Origin: Aquificaceae bacterium | Lineage (GTDB): Bacteria > Aquificota > Aquificia > Aquificales > Aquificaceae | NCBI GenBank assembly: GCA_037924335.1 | Contig: JAXSMZ010000022.1 | Coordinates: 1-23,999 of the forward strand | Length of the DNA: 23,999 nt | Direction: 5' to 3' | In this document: positions 8,505 through 17,457 of the stretch, one piece after another | Layout of the letters: each line of letters opens with the position of its first letter | Position numbering within the stretch: position 1 is the first letter of the stretch | Notes under the pieces: generated by a model | What the model saw: the letters and a program-made list of their open reading frames with translations, nothing else | Database searches by the model: none | Told to the model about the DNA's origin: nothing | Translations under genes and position numbers: made by a program

Positions 8505-9577
8505 AAGAACTAAGGGCTGTTGCTCTTCTCTCTGGAGGGCTAGATAGTACTTTAGCTGTCCAGCTTCTCAAGGACCAAGGTATTAACATAAAGGCAATAC
8601 ACTTCTACACTGGATTCTGTATTGCTGAAAAGAAAAGACGCCTTGGTCTTGTGAAGGAAGAAGGACAGCAGTATGTTAATCCTGCTCTTAGAGCATCAGC
8701 CCAGCTTGAAGTTCCTATAGAGGTTGTCGATATATCCAATGAGTACTTTGACGTTATAACAAAACCCAAGTATGGGTATGGCAAAAATGTAAATCCATGC
8801 GTGGATTGTAGGATACTTATGCTAAGAAAAGCCAAAGAGGTCATGGAAGGAGAGGGTTATCATTTTGTTATAACTGGGGAAGTTCTTGGGCAGAGGCCTA
8901 TGAGCCAAACAAGGAGCAGGTTAAAGGTCATAGAAAAGGAATCTGGACTAGAAGGCTACGTTCTTAGACCTCTTTCTGCCAAACTCTTACCCCCTACCAT
9001 ACCAGAGAATTTAGGGTGGGTAGATAGGAAAAGACTTCTTGGTATAAAGGGTAGGGGAAGAAAAACCCAGATGAAGATCGCACAGAAGTATGGACTGAGC
9101 TATGAGCAGCCAGCTGGGGGATGCTGTTACTTGACTGATGAATCCTACGCTACAAGGTTTAGAGAGTCTTTAACCGTTGAGGGGAGTATAACGAGGGAAG
9201 ACCTTGTGCTCTTTTCTGTGGGGAGGCATCTAAGACTTCCTTCAAAGACAAAGCTTATAGTAGCAAGGAATGAAGGAGAGGTAAAGTTTCTGATGAGCTT
9301 AAAGTCAAACTATGGATATGCTTACAGGAAGGATGGTCTTGGGACTTTTGCTCTAATAAAGGGAGACCTTCCAGGGGAAGAGTATAAGCTTGTTGCTGAC
9401 ATTGTGGCAAGATATTCCCGTAGGGAGCCATGCTCTGTCATCCTAAATTTAAAAGATAAGAGGATGGAACTATTAGGAGAACCTATAGATGATGCTATTG
9501 TTGAAAAGTTTAAAATATATAAGAGGAAAGGAGATGAAGATGGAACGCAGCAAAATAAAGCCAGATGTGGTGCATGA
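8501..9577 (+). CDS. ThiI-like PP-loop tRNA thiouridine synthase without THUMP, probably carrying a C-terminal NFACT-R (DUF814-like) domain
   Basis: SGGLDS PP-loop at residue 11, PCVDCR (CxxC), TGEVLGQRPMSQ, LRPL, PAGGCC, then a GRHLRL...KLIVARN domain. No THUMP or rhodanese domain. Confidence 0.75.
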   Translation: MKELRAVALLSGGLDSTLAVQLLKDQGINIKAIHFYTGFCIAEKKRRLGLVKEEGQQYVNPALRASAQLEVPIEVVDISNEYFDVITKPKYGYGKNVNPCVDCRILMLRKAKEVMEGEGYHFVITGEVLGQRPMSQTRSRLKVIEKESGLEGYVLRPLSAKLLPPTIPENLGWVDRKRLLGIKGRGRKTQMKIAQKYGLSYEQPAGGCCYLTDESYATRFRESLTVEGSITREDLVLFSVGRHLRLPSKTKLIVARNEGEVKFLMSLKSNYGYAYRKDGLGTFALIKGDLPGEEYKLVADIVARYSRREPCSVILNLKDKRMELLGEPIDDAIVEKFKIYKRKGDEDGTQQNKARCGA

Positions 9578-9791
9578 TGTGGTAGGGACTTTTTGCCCGA
9601 TCCCAATAGCCGAGACTTCTAAGGTTATGAAAACAATGAAGGTCGGTGAGGTTTTAGAGCTTATAGCTGATGACCCTGGAGTTGTTGAAGATATTCCAGC
9701 TTGGTGTAGGTCTACGGGTCAAGAGTTCCTCAGCATGTATGAGGAAGACGGAGAGTACCATATCTTTGTAAAGAAGGTGAAGGAGATATGA
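9540..9791 (+). CDS. tusA: TusA family sulfur carrier protein
   Basis: D..GTFCPIP (CPxP) and GEVLELIADDPG..EDIPAWC. Start set at the ATG at 9540, 6 nt after AAGGAG. Confidence 0.9.
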   Translation: MERSKIKPDVVHDVVGTFCPIPIAETSKVMKTMKVGEVLELIADDPGVVEDIPAWCRSTGQEFLSMYEEDGEYHIFVKKVKEI

Positions 9792-10024
9792 AGGATAGGC
9801 TTACCCTTGATGTGAACTTGAAGGAACTGTTGGAGAATGAGCCAAGAGTGAGGGACATCCTATACACGTATGGAATAAATAAGTTAGAAGAGCTAGATGT
9901 TGAGGATATTGTCCTGGATAAGTTAACGTTAAGAGGTTTTTTCCGTTTGATGGATTTAGATGATGAAACTCAGGGTTTTTTATGGGAGAAGATGCAACAT
10001 TTATATAGAGAAATGGAGGAATGA
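9788..10024 (+). CDS. Small acidic hypothetical protein, DUF1858/ScdA_N-like N-terminus, no Cys
   Basis: LTLDVNLKELLENEPRVRDILYTYG resembles the DUF1858 pattern; AAGGAG SD and ATGA overlap with tusA. Confidence 0.6.
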   Translation: MKDRLTLDVNLKELLENEPRVRDILYTYGINKLEELDVEDIVLDKLTLRGFFRLMDLDDETQGFLWEKMQHLYREMEE

Positions 10025-10026
10025 AG

Positions 10027-10278
10027 ATGGGTCTAAAAGAGTATGAGGAGCTTGAAAATGTTCTGAAAAAGATTAGACCAGCATTGAAGGATCACCATGG
10101 AAACTTAAAAGTCGTCGAGATCAAAGGAGGAAGTGTTTACCTTCAGTTTGAGGGTGGGTGTACCGAATGCCCTATAGTGGATGCAAGCGTTAAAGACGTT
10201 GTGGATATGGCTATAAGGGGAAACTTACCTTGGGTTAAAAAAGTAGAGATACTACAGCCCAAGCTCCGGATAGGATGA
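10027..10278 (+). CDS. NifU C-terminal (Nfu-type) Fe-S carrier
   Basis: IRPAL..H.G.L.VV...VYLQFEGGCTECP (CxxC). Start is 10021 or 10027; GGAGG at 10015 favours 10027. Confidence 0.88.
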   Translation: MGLKEYEELENVLKKIRPALKDHHGNLKVVEIKGGSVYLQFEGGCTECPIVDASVKDVVDMAIRGNLPWVKKVEILQPKLRIG

Positions 10279-11084
10279 CTATATCTGGAAAAACAGAAGT
10301 TTACGGAATATTAGGGTATCCTGTAAAACATTCCCTATCACCGGTATTTCAGAATGTTGCTTTTGAGTACCTGGGAATAGATGCTGTCTATGTTCCCTTT
10401 GAGGTAAAACCAGAGAAGCTAAAGCATGCCGTTGATGGGCTTTCTGCCCTCGGTGTAAGAGGTGTGAACGTAACCCTACCGCACAAGGAAAAAATCCTGG
10501 AGTACGTAGACCAAATGGATGAGCATACTGTTAGCATTGGCTCTGCCAACACATTGAAGTTTACAAACTTAATAGAAGCCTACAATACGGACTGGACAGG
10601 CTTCTTGAAGGCTCTCAATGAAGCCGAAATAAAGGAAAAAACAGCCTTAGTCTTGGGAGCTGGTGGAACATCCAGAGCTATACTTTACGCTCTCAAAAAA
10701 GCTGAGTATGATATTTATCTTTGGAACAGAACTTATGAAAAGGCAGTTGAGCTTTCTAAGAAGTTTCAGGCTCATGTTGTGAAAAAACCGGAGGATGTTT
10801 TGAAGAAGGTAAGCCTTATAGTAAACACCACATCTGTGGGGCTTAAGATGGATGATCCACACCTCTTTGACTACTCTCAGATAGAACAAAGCCATACAGT
10901 CTTTGATGTTATCTACAGAGAGACTCCCCTTTTGAGAAAGGCCAAAGATAAGGGAGCTAAAGCCATAGACGGCCTTTCCATGCTTCTTTATCAGGGGATA
11001 GAGAGTTTCAAAATATGGACTGGTTTTGAAGTTCCTTTTGAAGTTGTTAAGGATGCCCTGGTAGAAAGCACGTCCCTATTGTAG
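10275..11084 (+). CDS. aroE: Shikimate dehydrogenase
   Basis: G.PVKHSLSP, G.NVTLPHK, NTDW.GF, GAGGTSRA, NRT..KA and GL.MLLYQG. Confidence 0.96.
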   Translation: MTISGKTEVYGILGYPVKHSLSPVFQNVAFEYLGIDAVYVPFEVKPEKLKHAVDGLSALGVRGVNVTLPHKEKILEYVDQMDEHTVSIGSANTLKFTNLIEAYNTDWTGFLKALNEAEIKEKTALVLGAGGTSRAILYALKKAEYDIYLWNRTYEKAVELSKKFQAHVVKKPEDVLKKVSLIVNTTSVGLKMDDPHLFDYSQIEQSHTVFDVIYRETPLLRKAKDKGAKAIDGLSMLLYQGIESFKIWTGFEVPFEVVKDALVESTSLL

Positions 11085-11109
11085 AGCTATATCTTCTGTC
11101 AAAGACCTC

Positions 11110-12594
11110 TTATTCTGTTGAACCTTTTCTTTCGGCCATTTGAACTGCTTTTATCAGAGCTTTTGCCTTGTTTACGCTTTCTAACCATTCCATCTCTGGG
11201 TTCGAATCTGCTACAACTCCACAGCCAGCCTGGACAAAGACCTCATTGCCTCTCAGTACAGCAGTCCTTATGGCTATAGCCATGTCCATGTTTCCCTGGA
11301 AGGAAATATAACCCACGCTTCCTGCGTATACTCCCCTTCTTTCTGGCTCCAACTCCTCTATGATCTGCATAGCTCTCACCTTTGGGGCACCAGAAACAGT
11401 TCCAGCTGGAAAGGTAGCCTTTAGAACATCCAGAGCATCCAAACCATCCTTTAGGTCCCCTGAGACATCACTCACCATATGCATCACGTGGGAGTATCGT
11501 TCTATCCTCATAAAGTCTTCCACCTTGACGCTACCCGGCTTTGATACCTTTCCTATATCGTTCCTTGCTAGGTCTACAAGCATAAGATGCTCTGCCCTTT
11601 CTTTTTCATCCTTAAGAAGCTCTTCTTCCAACTTTTTGTCTTCCTCCTGTGTCTGCCCTCTCTTCCTTGTTCCAGCTATTGGTCTTGTTTCTATCTTCCC
11701 TTCCTCGAGCCTCACTAAAACCTCAGGAGAAGAGCCTATAATTTTGAGATGTCCAAAATCTAAGTAGTACATATAGGGAGAAGGGTTTAAAAACCTGAGA
11801 ACCCTATAGACATCCTCTGGATTGCCTTTAAACTTCTTTCTAAACCTTTGAGATAGGACAACTTGGATCACATCGCCAGCAGATACATACCCCTTCGCTC
11901 TTTCCACTATACTTATAAACTCTTCCTTTTCCATGTTAGATTGCCACTGATTTAGGTTTGGCTCAACTTCCTCGTAGCTTACTGGGAAAACAGGCTCTGT
12001 GAATATCCTCTCCATAGCTTCCTCTATTCTCCTCTTTGCTCTCTCGTACTCTTCTTTTAGACCAAACTCAGAAAGGATGGGACATACGAGCTTTACCTTT
12101 CCCGTGAGATTGTCATGTACTACCACAAGGTCTGTGAGGGTCATAAGAAGGTCGTATGTGGATATGGGGTCTGGTTTTCTGTCTTCCACAGGTTCATAAA
12201 ACTTTACCACATCGTAGCCCATGTAACCTACCAACCCACCCCAAAACCTGGGTAGTCTATCGTCCCTGTAGGCTTTAAAGCTCCTTATCGTTGTCTTCAG
12301 GATGGAAAAGGGGTCTTTGCTCTCAAAGTAAGAAGCCCTACCTCTGTTTACTATCTCCCCATAGCCTTTTCTGTATCTGAGGATAAAAGATGAGGCTGAT
12401 ATTACAAAGGAGTATCTTCCCCACTTTATGCCACCCTCTGCACTCTCTAAAAGTATGTTGAAAGAGTCTTTGCTTTTGAGCTTTAGAAAAAGGGAAAGGG
12501 GTGTTTCTGTATCGGCAAGGACTTCGGCAAAAAGAGGTATTACATTATAATTCTTTGAAAGTGACTCAACTTGATGCAGGCTCAAGCTTAGCAT
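11110..12594 (-). CDS. trpE: Anthranilate synthase component I
   Basis: [53 protein letters not shown] and [11 protein letters not shown]. Confidence 0.96.
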   Translation of the reverse strand: MLSLSLHQVESLSKNYNVIPLFAEVLADTETPLSLFLKLKSKDSFNILLESAEGGIKWGRYSFVISASSFILRYRKGYGEIVNRGRASYFESKDPFSILKTTIRSFKAYRDDRLPRFWGGLVGYMGYDVVKFYEPVEDRKPDPISTYDLLMTLTDLVVVHDNLTGKVKLVCPILSEFGLKEEYERAKRRIEEAMERIFTEPVFPVSYEEVEPNLNQWQSNMEKEEFISIVERAKGYVSAGDVIQVVLSQRFRKKFKGNPEDVYRVLRFLNPSPYMYYLDFGHLKIIGSSPEVLVRLEEGKIETRPIAGTRKRGQTQEEDKKLEEELLKDEKERAEHLMLVDLARNDIGKVSKPGSVKVEDFMRIERYSHVMHMVSDVSGDLKDGLDALDVLKATFPAGTVSGAPKVRAMQIIEELEPERRGVYAGSVGYISFQGNMDMAIAIRTAVLRGNEVFVQAGCGVVADSNPEMEWLESVNKAKALIKAVQMAERKGSTE

Positions 12595-12614
12595 TCAAAA
12601 GATTTTACACCACT

Positions 12615-13871
12615 TTAGGAGAACATATCCCTCCAAAGACCTCTAGCCCACTCCATGTACCTTTTGGCAGTCGATTCTTTCCTCACATTATCTTCCCTGT
12701 GTATGGGAATGAACCTCTTTTTGTCTCTCTCGTACTTAAAGCTTGTCTCCGTCATTATGGCTTCCTTATCGCTTACCATGGCATAGCACACCATCTGAAG
12801 GAGTTCTTCCTTTATCTCCTTGCCCTTTAGCCTTGTGTTTATGATCTTGGCAACGGCTTTCCCCTCTGAATGTGCAGCATAACCACTCTTTGGTAGATAG
12901 CTCATGGCAGCATCACCTATTACAAAGACATTCTCAACCTTGGTCTCAAAAGTCAACGGGTCTACGCTAACCCACTTCTCGCCCTTTTTTAGAAGACCAG
13001 CGGATTCTAACAGGGGATGGGCTTTCATCGGTGGTATTATGTTTGCTATGTCAAACCTAAATTCTCCGTGTGATGTTTTAACAAGCTTCTTCTCAACATC
13101 CACATCCTTTATATGTGCAGATGTTATGTAGGTAGCCATATCCTTATAAAGCTCATAATAAGCTGAGAGGAAACCATCGGCGTTTAAGATAGGTCTTTCA
13201 TTGGCATCTATGAAGTATAGGTGTGCTTTCAGATTGTTTCTCTTTATCATACTTGCTACTAAAGCTGCCCTTTCGTATGGGGCTGGTGGACATCTGTAAG
13301 GAGGCAGTGGGACGGTTATGAGTATGTCTCCACTTTCAAACTCACTGAGAAGTTTCTTCAGATATATGTGTTCTGAACCTGGTTTGAAAGCTGGGGGAAA
13401 GTAAATAAGGCTTTCTTTGTAAAAAGGCTTGTCCTCTATGTCATAATCTATACCGGGGGAAAGTACGAGAAAGTCATAGCCTATGTAACCCTGAGATGTT
13501 CTGACAACCTTTCTATCTAGCTCTATTCCTATAACTTTATCGTTCAAAACCTTTACGCCGTGTTTTACTTCAAGTACGTTGTAGGAAAAACAAAGAGGAG
13601 TAAGCTCCAACAAGCCAACTAAAAAGTGATTGGACATAGGGCATGACATGAAGAAGGGCCTTTCCTCGATTATGACCACGTTCAAGTTTGGATTTTCCTT
13701 CTTTATATACTTGGCTACGGTAACTCCACCGTATCCTCCACCCACTATGACTACATTGGCACGACCTTGTGTTCCTACCTTTCTGGGGAAAGCTAAGGTT
13801 GGCAAAAGGCTAAGCCCAGCAGCGGTTTTTAGTATGTCTCTCCTACTAACACCTGATGATTTCTTTGACAT
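12615..13871 (-). CDS. fccB: Flavocytochrome c sulfide dehydrogenase flavoprotein subunit (FccB/SoxF-like), copy 2, Tat-exported
   Basis: SRRDILK Tat motif, GGGYGG, SCPMSN (FAD-linked Cys), RCPPAPYERA, GDAA...PKSGY and VCY. Start moved to the ATG at 13871 because of the GGAGG SD. Confidence 0.85.
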   Translation of the reverse strand: MSKKSSGVSRRDILKTAAGLSLLPTLAFPRKVGTQGRANVVIVGGGYGGVTVAKYIKKENPNLNVVIIEERPFFMSCPMSNHFLVGLLELTPLCFSYNVLEVKHGVKVLNDKVIGIELDRKVVRTSQGYIGYDFLVLSPGIDYDIEDKPFYKESLIYFPPAFKPGSEHIYLKKLLSEFESGDILITVPLPPYRCPPAPYERAALVASMIKRNNLKAHLYFIDANERPILNADGFLSAYYELYKDMATYITSAHIKDVDVEKKLVKTSHGEFRFDIANIIPPMKAHPLLESAGLLKKGEKWVSVDPLTFETKVENVFVIGDAAMSYLPKSGYAAHSEGKAVAKIINTRLKGKEIKEELLQMVCYAMVSDKEAIMTETSFKYERDKKRFIPIHREDNVRKESTAKRYMEWARGLWRDMFS

Positions 13872-14562
13872 ACTTTTCCACCTCCATAAGAATGCACTTC
13901 TCCACAAGCTCTTTTGCCTTTGCGGTGGAGCCATACTCTTTTCTTAGGTCCGCTTTGTAGTTTTCAAAGAACTGTTCAAACTGGTCCTTGCCAAGCACAC
14001 CTATGGCATATATCTTCCCTTCCTCTTCTTTGAGCGCTATTGATGCCAAGGGGACCTCTGCCGGACCCTCTATAACCTTACCCCCTACCTTTGGGTCAAA
14101 GAGACTAAGGTGGGCACAGCACTGTATTAGGTTAGCTCTCTTGGTGGTTTCTGATATTCTCTCCGGTGGATAGTAGTTGATAAAAGAATAATCCTTAGTT
14201 GGATAGCTCCATTGGTGTGAGCATATGGCCGAATAGGCTACTATGCTCTTCTTTTTTCCTATTCCACCCTTCCAAGAGTAAGCACCCCCATCGTTTAGCT
14301 TTAGTTCAACACCCTTTACTTCCTCGTTTAGGTCTATCAAATAGCATGGGGTAGAAGCAAAAGGATAGAAGAATAAGTACTGTTTGTATGGTTTTATATC
14401 CTCGTAGGTGATGGGATGTCCGTTTTCCTTTACAAGGAGAGCTTTCTTGTACTCCTTTAGGAAGCTTTCCTGATTGGCAAGGGTTTGAGAAAAGAGTTTA
14501 GAGTCAGCAAGGGCTGCTGCAGCGACAGCCCCACACACCTTTATAAAATCCCTTCTGTCCAT
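13846..14562 (-). CDS. Tat-exported Rieske [2Fe-2S] protein
   Basis: MDRRDFIK Tat motif; Rieske boxes AICSHQWS and QCCAHLSLFD..G.VIEGPA..PL. Start at the ATG at 14562 after GAGGTG. Confidence 0.85.
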   Translation of the reverse strand: MDRRDFIKVCGAVAAAALADSKLFSQTLANQESFLKEYKKALLVKENGHPITYEDIKPYKQYLFFYPFASTPCYLIDLNEEVKGVELKLNDGGAYSWKGGIGKKKSIVAYSAICSHQWSYPTKDYSFINYYPPERISETTKRANLIQCCAHLSLFDPKVGGKVIEGPAEVPLASIALKEEEGKIYAIGVLGKDQFEQFFENYKADLRKEYGSTAKAKELVEKCILMEVEKYVKEIIRC

Positions 14563-14572
14563 AATATGCACC

Positions 14573-15892
14573 TCAAGCCAACATGTCCCTGTACATGCTC
14601 TTTGCCCATTCGTAAGTGGCTCTTGCAAGGTCAGCAGAGCGTTCGTTAATTACCTTTGGTTTTGGTACTATCTTCTTCTCTTTCTCGTTGTAATCGTAAG
14701 TTACGTTAATGACTATAGCCTCCTGAGGGTTTCCGTTTACCATAGAGTAGCATGTGTTATCTGGAAGTTGGAGCTTGAACTCTTTTCCTGCGATCCTTGA
14801 GGCTATAATCTTTGCCACTATCTTACCCTGAGAGTTGCCCATGTGCCCGCTCTTTGGATATGGTACTCCACCTATCACATCTCCCACCAAGAAGACATGG
14901 GGGTCTGCCTTTGCTTGGAATGTTAGATGGTCTTGGTCTGCCCAGCCTGTGGGCTTTCCCTCCTTGTCCTTGGCTATCAGGTCTGCCATCCAAACAAGCT
15001 CTCCGGCCTGATGGGGTGGAACCAAGTTGGCATCTGTAAACTTAAAGTCTCCAGCAGTTGTCTTTATCACCTTCTTTACAGGGTCTACTGCCTTTATAGA
15101 TGCTTTGGGAACATACTCCACGATGCCAAGGTAGAGTTGCTCGTAAGCCATCCTAAATCCAGGACCCTTTGGAGCTATGTCTTCCTTTGGGTCAAGTATG
15201 ATTACTCTTCCCTTTACGTTGTTCTTCTTAAAAACGTAAGCTATCATGGCAGCCCTTTCGTATGGGGCTGGTGGGCATCTGTAAGCTCCCGGTGGAACTG
15301 TGATAACAAAGTCTCCCTCTTCAAACTCCCATACCTTCCTCTTTAGCGCAAGATGTTCAGATCCTGGGATAAAGGCTGCTGGATAGTGAACCTTTGTGTA
15401 ATTGGCCATTTCCTTATCATCACCAAACCAAGCCTTGTAGTTGTACCTTATACCAGGAGCAAGAACAAGATAGTTGTACTCTATATACCCATGGTTTGTG
15501 TAAACTCTCTTCTTATCCCTTTCTATGCCTACTACCACTGCGTTGATAAATTCGTAGCCATACTTAGCAGCTGGTTGGTTATAGTCGTGGGACAGAAAGT
15601 CTAAGTTCACAAGACCCGCAAGCCACTCGTTGGATATAGGGCAGGAAAAGAAGTTGGGTCTTTTCTCAACAAGGACCACATCTATGCTTGGATTTTCCTT
15701 CTTAAGATACTTGGCAACTGTTAGTCCTGCCCATCCACCTCCGCATATTACTACCCTGTTCCCCTTCGGTGGTGGAAGCATGGCTGAGATCTTGCCTGGC
15801 CTTTCTGCTGCTGCATGGCTAACAGAAGGAATACCAAAAACCAAAGCCCCTACTCCAGTCGCTTTAAAAAGGTCACGCCTTGTTATACTCAT
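14573..15892 (-). CDS. fccB: Flavocytochrome c sulfide dehydrogenase flavoprotein subunit (FccB/SoxF-like), copy 1, Tat-exported
   Basis: TRRDLFK Tat motif with SHA cleavage site, GGGWAG, SCPISN, RCPPAPYERA, PKSGH and NTCYS; AAGGAGG SD. Confidence 0.88.
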   Translation of the reverse strand: MSITRRDLFKATGVGALVFGIPSVSHAAAERPGKISAMLPPPKGNRVVICGGGWAGLTVAKYLKKENPSIDVVLVEKRPNFFSCPISNEWLAGLVNLDFLSHDYNQPAAKYGYEFINAVVVGIERDKKRVYTNHGYIEYNYLVLAPGIRYNYKAWFGDDKEMANYTKVHYPAAFIPGSEHLALKRKVWEFEEGDFVITVPPGAYRCPPAPYERAAMIAYVFKKNNVKGRVIILDPKEDIAPKGPGFRMAYEQLYLGIVEYVPKASIKAVDPVKKVIKTTAGDFKFTDANLVPPHQAGELVWMADLIAKDKEGKPTGWADQDHLTFQAKADPHVFLVGDVIGGVPYPKSGHMGNSQGKIVAKIIASRIAGKEFKLQLPDNTCYSMVNGNPQEAIVINVTYDYNEKEKKIVPKPKVINERSADLARATYEWAKSMYRDMLA

Positions 15893-15921
15893 AGCCCTTA
15901 CCTCCTTAATAAGTCTCTGTT

Positions 15922-15940
15922 ATAGAATTTTAAACTCTAT
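15922..15940. promoter_or_regulatory. Imperfect palindrome upstream of the fccB cluster, candidate operator
   Basis: ATAGAATTT-T-AAACTCTAT (8 of 9 pairs), about 30 nt upstream of the fccB start. Confidence 0.35.
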
Positions 15941-16013
15941 GGTTTTGAAAACAATTAATTTCTCATTATTCCTCTATTAATGTAGCTTATATAAGTTTAT
16001 TTGCATATTCAAA

Positions 16014-17441
16014 CTATCTTCCATAAGTTATACAGAGTTCTCTCAGCCTATCGCTTAAACTCCTTGGTATCTCCTTCATCTTCCACTCCCAGTTTCCTTC
16101 CTTTTTTCCAGGCGTGTTCATCCTTGATTCTTTACCCAAGTTAAGAAGGTCTTGCATGGGTATTATGCAATACTTGGACACAGACATGTATGCAAGCCTA
16201 ATAAGTACGTCGCTCACTTCATCTTCCCTGAGCATTCTTCCCGTGTATCTGTGGAGCCTTTCCCTTGAAACTTCATCCAGCTCATCCTTATACCAATCCC
16301 TTATAGGCATGTTGTCATGTGTGGTTGTATAAACTACAAAATTCTCCTTATGGTTGTGTGGCATAAAAGGACTGTTCTCTGAATTGAAGGCGAAAACTAA
16401 AACCTTCATACCAGGAAAACCAAACCTATCTCTCATGCTTTCTACATCTGGGGTTATAAGTCCCAAGTCTTCAGCCACAAAAGGAAACTGTGGGAACTCC
16501 TCTTTGAGCTTTTTAAAAAACTCTTCGGCAGGTGCTTGTATCCACCTTCCCCTTTCAGCCGTCCTTTCAAAGGGTGGAACTTCATAGTAAGCTACAAAGC
16601 CCCTAAAGTGGTCAAGCCTTAGCATATCAAAGAGATTAAGGTTATGCTTTATCCTTTTTATCCACCAATCAAAGTTCTCATCCTTTAACCTTTCCCAATC
16701 GTAAACAGGGTTTCCCCACAGCTGACCCGTCTTGCTAAAGTAATCTGGGGGGACACCAGCCACAACAAAGGGTCTGTTGTCCTTTCCAAGTTTGAAGATC
16801 CTTCTGTTTTCCCATACATCAGCGCTGTCATAGGCTGGATATATGGGTAGGTCTCCCATAAGCTTTACACCTTTTTTATTGGCATAGTCCTTTAACCCCT
16901 TCCACTGCTTGAAAAAGACAAATTGCAAGAAATACTCCTTCCTTATTTCCTTTTCTAATCCTTTTGTGTTCTCGTCCTCCCACTCATTCCATGGCTTTTT
17001 GAACTTATCCCTCAACACCTTGAATTTAGCATAACTTTCAAGCCAGTAAAGGTTATCTTTCAAAAAGGTGTAGTACTCTTCATCCTCTTTGAAGTTTTCA
17101 AAGGCAACGTCAAATATGCGTTTTTTAAAATCCCAAACCCTTCTGTGATCCACTCGTTCCTGTGGGAATGTTTCTGTAACTTCCAACATCTTTTTTGGGA
17201 TAAGTCCATCTTGGTAGATGAGGTCTAAGCTTATAAGGAGAGGGTTTCCTGCAAAAAGGGATGTGCTGTAGTAAGGTGAGTTCCCATGCTCTGGACATGT
17301 TGGATTTATGGGCAAAACCTGCCATATTTTCTGGCCAGAATCCTTCATAAAGTCCACAAACTTGTAAGCTTCTGGCCCAAGGTCTCCTACACAGGCGGAG
17401 GATAAAGAGGTAATGTGGAGCAAAATCCCAGCCCTTCTCAC
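16014..17441 (-). CDS. malQ: 4-alpha-glucanotransferase (amylomaltase, GH77)
   Basis: GILLHITSL, WQVLP, GDLPIY, GVPPDYFS.TGQLWGNP, RLDHFRGF, AEDLG, THDN and RMNTPG; GTG start. Confidence 0.96.
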   Translation of the reverse strand: MRRAGILLHITSLSSACVGDLGPEAYKFVDFMKDSGQKIWQVLPINPTCPEHGNSPYYSTSLFAGNPLLISLDLIYQDGLIPKKMLEVTETFPQERVDHRRVWDFKKRIFDVAFENFKEDEEYYTFLKDNLYWLESYAKFKVLRDKFKKPWNEWEDENTKGLEKEIRKEYFLQFVFFKQWKGLKDYANKKGVKLMGDLPIYPAYDSADVWENRRIFKLGKDNRPFVVAGVPPDYFSKTGQLWGNPVYDWERLKDENFDWWIKRIKHNLNLFDMLRLDHFRGFVAYYEVPPFERTAERGRWIQAPAEEFFKKLKEEFPQFPFVAEDLGLITPDVESMRDRFGFPGMKVLVFAFNSENSPFMPHNHKENFVVYTTTHDNMPIRDWYKDELDEVSRERLHRYTGRMLREDEVSDVLIRLAYMSVSKYCIIPMQDLLNLGKESRMNTPGKKEGNWEWKMKEIPRSLSDRLRELCITYGR

Positions 17442-17457
17442 CTGTTATAATTTTACT
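17442..17457. promoter_or_regulatory. 16-bp divergent gap holding overlapping -10 elements
   Basis: Plus strand: TGnTATAAT (17443-17451), 6 nt before the ATG at 17458. Minus strand: TAAAAT, 8 nt before the malQ GTG. Confidence 0.55.

Noticed and set aside
11360..11767. 135-aa plus-strand ORF
   Set aside because: Antisense shadow of trpE.
13872..13934. Longer N-termini for fccB copy 2 (and 14563-14628 for the Rieske gene)
   Set aside because: They bury the Tat motifs and overlap upstream genes; SDs support the shorter starts.
12615..15892. Similar stretches in the two fccB genes as a DNA repeat or mobile element
   Set aside because: Similarity is confined to conserved protein motifs such as YRCPPAPYERAA, consistent with an old paralogy.
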